64,000 nt of DNA from Octopus sinensis (taxonomy: Eukaryota): contig NC_043005.1 in assembly GCF_006345805.1 (NCBI RefSeq), forward strand, positions 85,126,001 to 85,190,000, written 5' to 3'. The position numbers and the translations under genes were made by a program. Below, one piece after another: positions 39,355 through 53,099 of this stretch (its first letter is position 1; each line of letters begins with the position of its first letter). The notes beneath the pieces are model-generated. The model saw only the letters and a program-made list of their open reading frames with translations. It was not told where the DNA came from and made no database searches.

Positions 39355-39355
<1 letters not shown>
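38286..39355. mobile_element. CpG-rich composite element with internal direct and inverted duplications, unclassified
   Basis: X at 38286-38450 is inverted at 39117-39269; Y at 38620-38700 is repeated directly at 39037-39120. Confidence 0.6.
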
Positions 39356-39433
<78 letters not shown>

Positions 39434-39489
39434 TAGATAGATGGATAGATAGATAAATAGATAGATATGTATATATATATATATGTATA

Positions 39490-39529
<40 letters not shown>

Positions 39530-39559
39530 GTATATGATAGATCATTAGCCACTGCACAC

Positions 39560-39717
39560 ATTTTTCTCTCTCCTTGTTTCTTCCTTGTTTTTTCTGCAGC
39601 CCTTTCTGTTGAAGAGCGTAGGCTCAAAACGTAAAAGACTTTTTCTATTCCTGAGCGTTATACTAATACATCTGTTTGTTTTGTACACCACCTGTCTTCG
39701 TCTTTTGTTTTTTGGTA

Positions 39718-39750
<33 letters not shown>

Positions 39751-40020
39751 AGTATTTGTCCCACCAACATCACTTGACATCCCCTTCTTAATGCCAACCA
39801 CTCCAAGAGTGTAGTAGGAGCTTTTTACATGCCACTGTCATGGATGGTAGTCAGGCAGCACTAAATTGCTACCCACTAAACCTTTTTTCTATTTTCTCTC
39901 CCTGTTTATTTCTATGTTCCTTTCTGTCAAAGAGCGTAGGCTTGAAACGTAAAAGACTTTCTCACTTCCCGAGCGTTAAACTAATACATCACTTTGTTGT
40001 TTTTTGTAAATTCTCACTAT
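39560..40020 (+). mobile_element. Two PLE-type terminal-repeat fragments with decayed U6-type HHR (about 39598-39639 and 39917-39957)
   Basis: CTGTTGAAGAGCGTAGGCTCAAAACGTAAAAGAC and CTGTCAAAGAGCGTAGGCTTGAAACGTAAAAGAC. Confidence 0.75.
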
Positions 40021-40057
40021 ATATATACCTACACATCCATAAATTTACATATATATG

Positions 40058-40165
<108 letters not shown>

Positions 40166-40809
40166 TGCATGTATGTAAACACCCACATACATATGTACTA
40201 GTGAGTAACTGTGAAAATTCTGTGAGGTACGATTCTATGTTTAAAGTGAAATATTTGGGGTAAAATGCATTTAAATGTGTTAATACATGTCCCGATTATT
40301 TATTATTATCTAATAAATGATAAAATATACACAAAATGATATAAGAATAAGTGGTGCTGTTCAAATAAGGACAGATAGAATTATGAACAACACAGTATTC
40401 AGTTAACTGAAATGACCTGTCAATGTGTCAATGAAATAGACATGCAGTAAAAGCATTGTTGTAAGTTCTTGCCTTTGGATTATATGTTTGAGTTGGAGGA
40501 AGAGAGAGTGAGAGAGGAAGAATTACAAAGTCTAATGCTATATTCATAAGAAGTATTAGGTTACAGTTTACAATAAGCCTTTACGAACAAGCAAGAAATC
40601 TGTAACACACAAGAGCACCATGAACACCGCCCCAACCAGTGCCGCTACCTACATTACCACCAATATCACTGTTTCATCATTTTTTTCTTTTACTGATATT
40701 GTCTATCATGGATTATATTGCACAAATAGTAGATTTTTACAGTGGTAAGATAAGATATGAGAACGATTTGACTGTTCATCATCATCAACATCCTCATCAT
40801 CATTATCCT

Positions 40810-41120
40810 CCTCCTCCTCCTCATCATCATCATTTAATGCCCACCCTCCATGCTGGCATGGGTGGAATGGTTTGCCAGTGCTGGCCAGGCAGAAGCCTGC
40901 ACCAGACTCCTATAACTGTTTTGGCATGATTTGTACAGCTGGATGCCCTTCCTATCACCAACCCCTCAGCAGAGTGGACTTAGTGCTTTTTACGTGGCGC
41001 AAGCGCAGGCGAGGTCAATTTTGGCAAGGATTTGACAGCTAGATGCCCTTCCAAAGACCAACCACTTTACAGTGCAGATTGAGTGCTTTTTGAGTGGCAC
41101 ATGCACCGACAGGTTATTTG
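40810..41120 (-). mobile_element. RTE-type 3'-UTR fragment
   Basis: (CAT)n tail, CATGCTGGCATGGG, CAGCTGGATGCCCTTCC occurring twice. Confidence 0.75.
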
Positions 41121-41276
41121 CAGCATATTGAGCGACTGAATAAACTACACCATAGCATCTTTTTAACGATTTAAGATATCCAGGTATTCTCTAAGAACAT
41201 ATGACATCTCCTTCGTGATCTCTGTTTTATATTTCTATATATTTACATCATTCGAAATACTATATCATATACACAA

Positions 41277-41667
41277 TCTCTCTCTATATAAAGCTGAAGT
41301 TGCCTGTGTATGGCAGGTTTGGTAGCCTTCAACTAACACTATCTTCTCCGAGACCCTGTGAAGCAAGTTGACCAAAATTGAAAGTATGATAGAAGAAGGC
41401 TTACTCTTCCTTCCGTAGAAGAAAAAATTCAAATCGGACCATGTTAAGACCAAAAATTATTTACATCAAAAAGGTGCGTTTTTTCTATGAAAATCCCTAT
41501 TTTTTACGATTTTTGGACTGCTGTGTCACCATTTTCGGTGTATTTCAACCAGAAAAATGTTCACTCAAAGAGAATAACAAGCTACATAATGCAACATTTT
41601 TACTTTTCAAAAATTCCAAATCTAAAGGGTCGAAACAAACCCAAGCAACGCCGGGCGATACTGCTAG
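41277..41667 (+). mobile_element. Non-autonomous Helitron
   Basis: Starts with TC after A, ends with CTAG before T, subterminal imperfect hairpin CCCAAGCAACGCCGGG about 12 nt from the end, no TSD. Confidence 0.75.
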
Positions 41668-41884
41668 TATTCTATAAATACCAGTTTCAAAGTTAGGCAC
41701 ACAATCAGAAATATCAGTGGTTGTGGGTAAGTCAATTACATCTACTCCAATGATTAAATGGTAATTGTTTTATCGACTCCAAAATGATGAAAGGCGAAGC
41801 TTATCTCAGTGCAATTCGAACACAAAACATAAAGATGAATGAATTGCCTAGTGTGCCAACAAATCTGCCAAGTTACCACCTTAC

Positions 41885-42585
41885 AATATTTTATAAATAT
41901 TAAGAAAGAGAATGTAGTGAGCAACATGTTTCATTGTATAATCCTACAATTGTTTCATCAACATTTTACTAGAATATTATTACATAATATACAAAATAAT
42001 ACATTGCATCAGTATTATTCTACTGAAAAGTACCAACTCATCAGGTTTATGTGTAAATCAGTTTGCTTAATAAACCCTTAGTTTACTGATTATACAGGGT
42101 GGTGAAAAGTAGGCATATAGTTATGAAAAAAGAAAACACTTACAATAATCATTTATTTTTATCAAAACGAATGAAAAGTTATGATAAAAGTATTATTATG
42201 ATTAATGACACTGACGGTATCAAAAATGTGTAAATAATTTTAATGAATTAAGTATTATAAACGTCGATGTAGTACTTACAATAAAATTACTTTTGCACTA
42301 TCCTGTATACCCTACAAACCCTTATTTTACAGTATGTAATATTTCCCTTCTTGAAGATATGATTAGATCATTTTCAGCAAATCAATTTATATATAAATCC
42401 GATGAGCTGATATTTTCCAGTATTCCTAAAATAATACTAACATGCTATTTTATTTTGTATATTACATAATGATAATCCAGTGATAATATTCTGGTAAAAT
42501 TCTGACGAAACAGTTGTAGGATTATGCAATAAAACTTGCTGCTCATTCCATTGTCCTCGTTTATATTTATATAAAATCTATGGAT
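41885..42585. mobile_element. Old MITE with about 100-bp diverged inverted arms
   Basis: About 41915-42005 and about 42445-42545 are reverse complements. Confidence 0.6.
42095..42305. mobile_element. Tc1/mariner-type MITE nested in the older MITE
   Basis: TA-CAGGGTGGTGAAAAGTA ... TACTTTTGCACTATCCTG-TA. Confidence 0.65.
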
Positions 42586-43085
42586 GTTTATAGATTTTTC
42601 AAATATATCATCAGTAACTAATACATTTTTGCTGTATAATAGTATCAAATAGGTAATAGACATAGACAGACTTTAGAAAGTAAACTAAAAGTTTAAATCC
42701 AAATATTGTATATGTATATATATATATATATTATATATATATATATATACAATATGTTATATACACACCATACAGGCATGCACATACATGACTGTGCATC
42801 TGTGTCAGTATACATTTCTGACAATATACATGCTAAATAACCTCATCATTAACTCTTATCGTTTTGAGTACGTGCATACAAGTGTACTGAGAGACAACAA
42901 TACGTTATCTAATGCATATGTGAAAGTGTGCATACATACATGCATATGTATATATAAACACACACGCACACACATATATATATATAAATATATGCACACA
43001 CACATATATATATATATATATAAATATATGCACACACACACACATATATATATACATATATATACATACACACATGCATATGTGA

Positions 43086-43139
<54 letters not shown>

Positions 43140-43519
43140 TTGTTTATATATACATAGACATACCGTTGCAGCAGCACATTTACCAGTTCCCAAGAGAAGG
43201 CGTATGTTATTAATTATATGTTGATACTGTAAATAGTTATTAAATAGAAATGTTCTGTATTAAAGAACACACACATACGAGGCAGTGCACAAATCAGCTG
43301 TTTCTATTCTGCGCAAAGTAAATATATTAAAACATTTGATTAATGTAATAACAGAAATCCGAATATTTATGATCTCACACAGCGTTCACATATTTAGGAT
43401 TTCCGCAGTAATTTATGGCATATTACATTCATGAGTGTTGCAATAATCATGGGCGTCGTTGTGTTGTCTATTTAACAGTATTTACCTCACAACTGAGAGA
43501 TTGTGGTTTGGATCTCAGA

Positions 43520-44425
43520 ATGCTACTACCTGTGCAACTGTGTAACTCCGGGTGCTATTACCTGTGCACCTGTGTATCTCAGAGTGCTGCTACCTGTGCA
43601 CCTGTGTATCTCCGGGTGCTGCTACCTGTGCACCTGTGTATCTCAGCGTGCTGCTACTTGTGCACCTGTGTATCTCAGGGTGCTTCTACTTGTGCACCTG
43701 TGTATCTACGGGTGCTGCAAGCTGCACACCTGTGTATCTCAGGGTGCTGCTACTTGTGCACCTGTGTATCTATAGTTGCTGCTACCTGTGCACCTGTGTG
43801 TCTCAGGGTGCTACTACTTGTGCACCTGTGTATCTATGGGCGCTGCTACCTGTGCACCTTTGCATCTCAGGCTGCTACTTGTGCACCTGTATATCTACGA
43901 GTGCTGCTACTTGTGCACCTGTGTATCTCAGGGTGCTGATACTTGTGCACCTGTGTATCTCAGGGTGCTGCTATTTGTACACCTGTGTATCTACGAGTGC
44001 TGCAAGCTGCGCACCTGTGTATCTCAGAGTGCTGCTACTCGTGCACCTGTGTATCTATGGTTGCTGCTACCTGTGCACCTGTGTGTCTCAGGGTGCTACT
44101 ACTTGTGCACCTGTGTATCTATGGGTTCTGCTACCTGTGCACCTGTGTATCTCAGGCTGCTACTTGTGCACCTGTATATCTCAGGGTGCTGCTACTTGTG
44201 CACCTGTGTATCTATGGTTGCTGCTACCTGTGCACCTGTGTATCTCAGCGTGCTGCTACTTGTGCACCTGTGTATCTAAGAGTGCTGCTACCTGTGCACC
44301 AGTGTATCTCAGGCTGCCACTTGTGCACCTGTATATCTCAGGGTGCTGCTACTTGTGCACCTGTGTATCTACGGGTGCTGCTACCTGTGCACTTGTGTAT
44401 CTCAGAGTGCAGCTACCTGTGCACC
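43520..44425. repeat. 29-bp minisatellite (CTACTTGTGCACCTGTGTATCTCAGGGTG-like) with a 285-bp higher-order duplication
   Basis: About 31 monomers; variant monomers recur at 285-bp spacing. Confidence 0.95.
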
Positions 44426-44796
44426 TGTGTATCGCTGGGTGATACTACTGGTGCACTTGATGTTATATCCTGTTTATTGCATTTGTATTTGTGCACCATT
44501 TCTCCGTTTTTTTTCTGTCCTTGTTTTCGTATATATTCACTGCTTTCTTCCAAGGAATCTAATGCTCTTAGCTTAGTTTTTCCTTGGGACTGGCCAGATT
44601 GGAGCAATCTCGAGTATAACCAACCAAAATTGCAAAGACAATCTATAACTCGACTGAGTAAAGAAAACTCCGAATGACATGTCCTTGTTTCCTTTGTATC
44701 ATCGGCCTGGATGTTTTGCGTTCTTGTCCCATTTTTGTATTTATATATATTTAAACATACAGACATACATCAATATATACATATACACATATCTAT

Positions 44797-44828
<32 letters not shown>

Positions 44829-44961
44829 GATATATATATATATATATATGTTATATATTCTGCCTTAAAGAACACACAGATGAAGCAGTACATAAATCAG
44901 CTGTTTCTATTTTACACAAAGAAAATATATCACAACATTTGTGTGTATTTGTGTGTGTGTG

Positions 44962-45007
<46 letters not shown>

Positions 45008-46759
45008 TATGTATGTATGTATAAATAAAATAACCCAAATAGAACAAGAGGAATATAAAAGTGGTGGGCAAAAGGTAAACATGCACAGATTTGCTGTAGG
45101 ATAGCATCTGTGGAAAGCTCCCTACACAATGCTGAATGTTAAATAAAACACACACACACACAAAAGGAATAATGTTTTTTTTACCATTTAATTATAAATA
45201 ATACTTATGCATGACGATGATGCTGTTCCTTTCTGTGGAATAGCAATGGCTTGAAATGTTAAAGACTTTTTCACTTCCCGACCATTATACTAATACATCT
45301 ATACCACTTGCCTTTGTCTCTTGTTTTTTTTGTGAATTCTTCCTGTATATATATATACATATATATGTATATGATAATGTATCTGGCAAATTATAATTAT
45401 ATTTCAGAGATTATTAAGGATTATTATGATATGCATGTCTAATGCGAATTTTATTCAACCCTATCACGATAATACTTGATGAATGTTGTGTATGATTATA
45501 AGAGGAGACCCCATGTTCTTTCGTAATGTTTGTAGTTTAATTGCTGGAATTGATTTTAAAGAAACAAAATTCTTACAAAAAAAAAAACAACAAAACACTT
45601 GATGACATTTTACTAAAATATGGTTAACATTTCAGTTGTCAAAGAAGTCTGAAAAATGATGCCAAGTGGAAATCCATCGGGACATGTAAATTCCTCATCA
45701 ATGTCATTTGATACGTGGATTCTACAATGAAATGTTTGCAAGGAATAAAATTCGTTATTACTTGTATCCAATTTCATTGACATAATCAATCACTGGAGGA
45801 GGCGATGAAAACATAAAATTTAATTTAAAATAGAATAAAATAAAATAATAAATCATTTGTTTCTGTGGATTATGTTTCTGGAGGAAAGAGAAGCCATCGT
45901 TTATTTGTTTGACACATTCCCGACATTATATTAAGCTAAACTCCAGCTGAGAAGATTTATTTAACAAGTCACAATTACTATCAATTAGTTGTTGGCTTTC
46001 TCGTTTAACCCTTGATCAGCCCTCATCAGACATATCATTAAAAACACTTCAGATTTTTTTTATCGTTCTGTTTGGTGTCACAGTTTAACCCTTAATCAGA
46101 TCACATCAAACAAACATATAATAAAAATCACTCCAATATTTTTTTTTATCTTACTGGTGTTGGTTTTTTTAAATATCTTTGACAATATCGACATAAGTGT
46201 CCATCCTTTTTAGAACACTATAATGTCTAGCATGCATGTCCAGTGACAGCATAGAAGTTCCATATATTCTCCTGATGAAGAAATTGTTTGCTGTTTGACC
46301 TCTGGGTCAGGTCTTATTCAATAGGTTTGTATTCAAAGTGGTACCATGACCATTAGATCTTTAAATGAGTCACTATATTTCAACAGGTAGATTATGATAT
46401 GATGTTAATTAGCTGCAATTTTTAGCAGATCAACAGATGATGTATTTGTTTTTTTATTGGCTTATTATTGTAGTTTAATTGCTGGAATTGATTTTAAAGA
46501 AACAAAATTCTTACAAAAAAAAAACAACAAAAAGATTTGCCAGATACATTATCATATACATATATATGTATATATATATAGGAAGAATTCACAAAAAAAA
46601 CAAGAGACAAAGGCAAGTGGTATAGATATATTAGTATAATGCTCGGGAAGTGAAAAAGTCTTTAACATTTCAAGCCAATGCTATTCCACAGAAAGGAACA
46701 CCATCATCATCATGCATAAGTTTTATTGGCTTATTATTGTTGTAGATATTGTTTCAAGC

Positions 46760-47340
46760 TGGCACAATTATTAGTGCATCTGCCAAAGTGCTTGGTGGCA
46801 ATTCATCTGAGTCTTTACATTGTGTGTTCAAATCCCACTGAGGTCGACTTTGCTTTACATCCCTTAAGGGTCAACAAAATAAGTACTTAGGAGACCTATG
46901 GAGTTAAGTACATCAAAACCTAAATCAAATGGAAATTGTAGTTGTGATCCCCGTGCGGGTGGCACATAAAAAGCGCCATCCAAATGTGACCGATACCAGC
47001 ACCACCTTGACTGGCTTCCATGCCAGTGGCACATAAAAAGAATCATCAAATGTGGTCGATGTCAGTGCTGCCTTGACTGGCTGCCATGTCAGTGGCATGT
47101 AAAAAGCACCATCTGATCGTTGTCAATGCCAGCTCTTCTGGCCCCTGTGCCGGTGGCACATAAAAAGCACCCACTACACTCTCAGAGTGGTTGGCATTAT
47201 GAAGGGTATCCAGCTTTAGAAACACTGCCAGATCAGACTGGAGGTTGCTGCAGCCTTGTGACTTCCCAGACCCCAGTCGAACCGTCCAACCCATGCCAGC
47301 ATGCAAAACAGACGTTAAACCATGATGATGATGATAACCA
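46760..47340 (+). mobile_element. SINE family C (46760-46920) followed by RTE 3'-UTR fragment (46945-47340)
   Basis: Diagnostic motifs; repeated GTGGCACATAAAAAG modules in the RTE part. Confidence 0.8.
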
Positions 47341-47760
47341 TGTGCTGGAATCAATTTACTGCTTCTTCTCTAAACTGCTGGCCTTGTTCCAAAGTTAGAA
47401 TTCTAGTGGACCCTTATCAGTTAACATCCAATTCCCATGCTGTCATGGTTAAGACTTTTACTTCACAACCATGAGGTCCCAGATTCGATCCCTGTATACA
47501 CCATTTTGGGCAAGTGATATTTTCTATAGACTTAGTTCAGTTCATATCTTGCAAATAAATCTGAGTAGAAGCAGTAAAGAATTCTGTCAGATGGATTGAA
47601 CTTGCAACTCAAAATCTAAAGCCTTCTCCTGCTGATTCTGCCTCATGGAATACTCAACCACTTGTTAATTCAGGAGCAGATAAATCAGTAGATCAAACAA
47701 CTGAATCCTCTTTCAATGAGATATATTCAGCAACAGTACTTTGTAGTAAAGATTGTTTAT

Positions 47761-47934
47761 CAACATAACATGGCAGTCCTGGTTTAGGACGAATGTTGCT
47801 GTAATTTAACCCCTGGAGACATAGTCACCAGCTGGCTATACGACATAATCTGTGTCCTTATATTTTCAAACTAGGGAATCTAGCACCCCCACTCAGCAAC
47901 ATTCTTCCTAAACCAGGACTGCTATGTTATGTTG
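47761..47934. mobile_element. MITE with about 41-bp TIRs
   Basis: CAACATAACATGGCAGTCCTGGTTTAGGACGAATGTTGCTG and its near reverse complement at 47894-47934. Confidence 0.8.
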
Positions 47935-48349
47935 GCAAATAATCCTTACTCCAAATTACTGTTGCTGAATATCTCTCGTTGTGAGATTTAAAAATATTAA
48001 TTTCCTAATTTATAGATCAGTGACTAGTTGTCATTTTGAAAACTATATATTTTGAATGGGAATCTGGCAGCACGACCTCTAGCTGAACAATTATTCTGTA
48101 CTGATGAAGGGAAATAACCTGGAAATCACCGTTACTAAGACCAAATTGGTCCTGACAGAGCATATGTGGGGTCGAAGAGGTTTGAGATCAGAACCGTTTT
48201 TTGTCTTTAATGGAGAATATATTCTTTCATATATTCTCTTAGCTCTTTTTATTTGTTTCAGTCAATGCACTCCACAAATATAAAATGGTTTCAAACACTT
48301 GCACCGTTGATAAATTTTGGTCTCAGTACATTTCTTGTCTTTTTACTTA

Positions 48350-49345
48350 TTTTGAGTCTTGGAACAAGACTGGCAACTTTAGGGGAAATTTGGCCAATTA
48401 CGTCAACTCGAGTACTTGACTGGTATTTTATTCTATTGACTTTGACAGGATAAAAAACAAAATTGATCTCGGCAACGTTTGAACTCAGGCCATAGTGCCA
48501 AAAGAAATACCATTAAGCATTTTGCCCAACACTCTACTGATTCAGCCAGATTTCCACCCTTATATTAATTGTTTCTCCTAATATTGGTTTCACATTTTGG
48601 CACAAGGCCAGCAATTCCAGGAGAGTCAGTAAGCTGATTACACTGAACCTTATTCTCAATTAGTGCATATTTTATTGATCCCGAAAGGATGAAAGGCAAT
48701 GTCTACCTCAGCGTAATTTGAACTCAGGCTATTGTCTTGCAAGTACTTGGTAATCCTGTCAGTGCAGGTGCCATGTAAAAGCACCCAGTCTACACTGTAA
48801 AGTGGTTGGTGTTTGGAAAGGCATCCAGCTGTAAAAACCTTGCCAAAACTGACCTTGCCTGTGCTTGTACCACGTTAAAAGCACTACGTCCACTCTGCTG
48901 AGTGGTTGATGTTAAGAAGGACATTCAGCTGTAAAAATCCCAACAAAACAGTCACAGAAGTCTGGTGCAGGCTTCTGCCTGGTTGGCTCCTACCAGACCG
49001 TCCCACCCATGCCAGCATGGAAGGCAAACATAAAGATGGACAAAATACCTATTTCTTTACTACCCACAAGGGGCTACACACAGAGAGGACAAACAAGGAC
49101 AGACAAACGGATTAAGTTGATTATATCGACCCCAGTGCATAACGGATACTTATTTAATCGAGCCCCTAAAGGATGAAAAGCAAAGTCGACCTTGGCGGAA
49201 TTTGAACTCAGAACGTAGCAGCAGACGTAATACTGCTAAGCATTTCGTCCGGCGTGCTAACGTTTCTGCCAGCTCGCCGCCCTGGACGAAATACCACAAA
49301 GAATTTTGCCCAACATGCTAATGACAGCACTAGTCGGATGCCTTA
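48350..49345. mobile_element. Cluster: decayed SINE C copies (-), RTE 3' UTR (+, 48745-49030), young SINE C (-, 49050-49283)
   Basis: Diagnostic motifs; the young copy is flanked by GGAC(A/G)AAATACC. Confidence 0.8.
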
Positions 49346-49836
49346 CTGTTTTTCATAATATAGATAATATAGACGATAACATACAAAACTTGCATCATCA
49401 AAGCAGTTGTTGGAAGAGCAGATAATAACAAGAGGTTATAATATATTACTTATTCCAAAACTCATGAGAACTCAAACTTTTCTGTTATTATTTTGTGGAC
49501 ATGTCTCCTGAGTGGCAGAGTAATTTACAATTTTTAACCACAGACATTAGAAGTTTTACAAATAGCTACAAAAACAGCACAAGAAACAAATGAATTTATT
49601 AAAACTGCTGGACATAATTTAGAAAGTTTTGTGAGGAAAAATAAGCTGCCAAAAAAAAAATGTTTCTCGGTAAATATTTAGTCCGAAATAATAACTAAGC
49701 ATAGATTCATTGGTTCCTTTTAATAAAACGATTTTGTTAAATATTTACTCTAGAGATTTGTGCAAAGTAGAAAATAACTCTCATTTTAACTAACGCAGAC
49801 TATATATATATTTATTTATATGTAATATACACACAC

Positions 49837-49956
<120 letters not shown>

Positions 49957-50689
49957 AAGAGAGATTCATACAAACATATATACACACACATACACATGCA
50001 CATACATTTGTATGTATGTATGTATATATATATATATATATATATATTATACACACACATACAGATGCATACATATTTGTATACAGATATATGAATTCAT
50101 ATATATTACATAGTATGCACACACACATACATGTATATATATACATATATATATGGACAGATGCATGTATAAATATATATATCTGTATGTGAATGAATTT
50201 GTGCATGTGAGTGTGTGTGTGTGTTTGCATACACACACACACACACACAAATATGTGTGCATGTGTTTAAAGAGCAAGTGTGAAACAGACATAATGATGG
50301 AATATGTATTTGACAGTTACATAAGGAGACTTACATAATGAAGTAAGGAAAGAGAGAGAGGGAGGAAGAGCGAGGGGGAGGAGGAAGAGAGAGAGAGGGA
50401 GGGAGAGGTAGAACTGGTTTGAATGAAATATGTTTATGCATTCACACACAAATATTTGATGAAGCAAAAATATATATACTAGACACAACAAACAAAATAA
50501 AATTAAAAAAAACACAATCAGTTTTTAATGTTGCTTGAAAAAGCAGAAGTATTGATATTTCGAGCAAAAAACTCTTTGTCAAGGTAGAAAAGAAGAAAAA
50601 AAAAATGTAAAAGTTAGATAGTAAAAAGATTTATGTGTATTACTGAACAAATAAGGTTGGTAATGACAGAACGGAAGTGAGCAAGCATA

Positions 50690-51515
50690 TGTAGTTTCTG
50701 GTTAAAAAGAGTGCAACGGATGGGAAATAACTGTGGGTCATGCTGGTCTAGAGTCCTCAGATTTCAATTACTGAATTTGCTGAGTTTGCAATAGATTTTC
50801 TCTAATATAGATTCCAGAATGAAGCTTTCTAGATTGCCAGTGTAATGTGTTATTGAATAATGGTCGTTTTTATCTGTTTTGTGTTATACAATGAATTGTA
50901 AAGATTCATCCATATTATATCTGTGGTCACTCAGTATGAATATATTGGGCTGGACAAAAGCAGGTAAACAGTTGCATAATATGAATGGAATGTTCTTTTC
51001 ATTTCTCTATTTCTTTTTTGCCTAAGCAATTCATAAATCGACCAAAGGATCTGCAAGAGATACCTATTTCATTGGAACCTGCTTTTTTTTTATTTTTGGG
51101 GACTTTGAGTGAATGCTTTTAGCCACAGTTATTTCATTTCCTTCAGTGGTAACACTGGCCAATCGACTACTTCTCAATGGACCCAGTCTGCTGAAATTTG
51201 TGATGTATTCTGTAAATGGATAGAGCTGGTCTTTGAAGTTCTTCAGTTCATTTCTTCCTAACTATTTTTGCATTCTCTCTTTCCAGGACTGCTTGATGAT
51301 TAACTTCTATTGACCATTGGTCAAGTTTCAAGCAATATATTAAATATCTAAAGTCAGAGATAATTATTTGATTATAAAATGTCAGATAATTATTTAATTA
51401 TAAAATGAATTAGTTAAAAAGAACATAGAATCATAGAATTCTCATCCTAAAAATGAAATAAGGAAATACAAAGAACATTCCATTCATATTAATCATCCGT
51501 AAACTTCTTTTGCCA
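50690..51515 (-). mobile_element. Heavily decayed Tc1/mariner-superfamily transposase remnant
   Basis: Minus frame gives SIYRIHHKFQQTGSIEK (resembles the KF..TGSV helix-turn-helix motif) among stops; possible TIR start TACATGAGTGGCAAAAGAAG. Confidence 0.4.
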
Positions 51516-51714
51516 CTCATGTACGGTGATTTTATGTTAATAACAAAAAATATGAGCATAACATGAAAGCAGACGTCCTGAACAAATACATGAACAAATT
51601 ATCTAATTATAAAATGAATTAGTTAAAAAGAAAGACCTCCCATATTTTACCTGGCTGTTGATTTGCTGCTAATAAAATTAAACAGATGATAATGATTTCT
51701 TCATACAATGAATG

Positions 51715-52010
51715 TTTTATCATCATCATCATCATCATCGTTTAACGTCCGCTTTCCATGCTAGCATGGGTTGGACGGTTCAACTGGGGTCTGGAAAGCC
51801 CGAAGGCTGCACCTGGCTCCAGTCTGATCTGGCAGTGTTTCTACAGCTGGATGCCCTTCCTAACGCCAACCACTCTGTGAGTGTAGTGGGTGCTTTTTAT
51901 GTGCCACTGACACAGGTGCCAGACGAGGCTGGCGAACGGCCATGCTCGGATGGTGTTTTTTACGTCCCACCGGCATGGAGGCCAGGCAAGGCTGGCACGG
52001 CCACGATCAT
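51715..52010 (-). mobile_element. RTE LINE 3'-UTR fragment
   Basis: Close match to 63061-63450. Confidence 0.9.
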
Positions 52011-52247
52011 TTAAAAAAGTTCCATCAAGGTTTGAGTTGCTGTATTTTGTCTGTCTGATATTGAAACATTTGTAAATTTGTAAAATGTTGGAAAGTTGTC
52101 TTTTTGACTGCACCCTGTATAAAGTGCAAACACAATAGAAGAGGTCAATTTTATTATAAGACAAACTAGAAAATTATTCTGTTTGCTTCTTATAGCTTCC
52201 AAATATTGAATAAATTTCAGACCCCACCCACCAATGTATTATAGACA

Positions 52248-52482
52248 TTCATTCATCATCATCATCATCATCATCGTTTAGCATCCGTTTTCCATGCTAG
52301 CATGGGTTGGACGGTTCTACTGGGGTCTGTGAAGCCAGAAGGCTTCATCAGGCCCAGTCACACTGCCAGATTTGACTGGGCCTGATGAAGCCTTCTGGCT
52401 TCACAGACCCCAGTAGAACCGTCCAATCCATGCTAGCATGGAAAACGGACGCTAAACGATGATGATAATGATGATGAATGAA
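52248..52482. mobile_element. Head-to-head palindrome of two RTE 3' ends, tails outward
   Basis: Arms 52248-52360 and 52373-52482, about 3 mismatches, 12-nt spacer. Confidence 0.9.
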
Positions 52483-52841
52483 CAGGATAGTTGTAAAGAC
52501 CATGAAACAAAAAAATACAAGGACTGCACTTTCACATCATGTGACCATGCATACAGCTGCAGCAAAAGATTGCAACATATTACAATATTCCTCATCATCA
52601 TTTCAATATTTGCTGTTCCATGCTTGCCTGGGTTGACCGGAATTTGTTGAGATGGATTTTCCAAGGACAAGTGTCCTTTCCAGACAAGGAAGTGTTTCTC
52701 CATCACCAGATATGTTTTAATGGAAGACTGGAAACAAAGGACACCGCTGGTATGACAGTGACATTTGTTTACAACAACCACGTGAAATCAAAGCAAGGAG
52801 ACAATGACGCATGCATGCACATATATGTGTGTATGTATATA

Positions 52842-52876
<35 letters not shown>

Positions 52877-53099
52877 CATGGTGCCAGTCTCTGGGAGATG
52901 ATGAGAAGAGCATCAACAACTGATTGTGCTGTTAGTGGTCTTGATGTATGGGAACTGGATGCTATTGCAATTCCTGCACTAAGCTGGCTGACAGATCCAC
53001 CAGGATTTGATGCTCTCAGAGCAGGTAAGATGCTAACACAATACTTTCCTGGCTTAGACCAGTTTGCAGTTAAACACCTGTAAATTCCTTGTAAAAAAA

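Noticed and set aside
43520-44425. CRISPR-like array or Cys-rich repeat protein
   Set aside because: Contiguous monomers without unique spacers, no cas genes, eukaryotic context; the 29-bp unit shifts frame each repeat.
48105-48145. CTGATGA-AGGGAAATAACCTG-GAAA motif
   Set aside because: Stems I and III cannot be put in register with a UH site; at most a badly decayed remnant.
52382-52405. CTGATGA followed by a hairpin (AGCC ttct GGCT) in the RTE palindrome
   Set aside because: No GAAA or stem III follows, so it is not a hammerhead.
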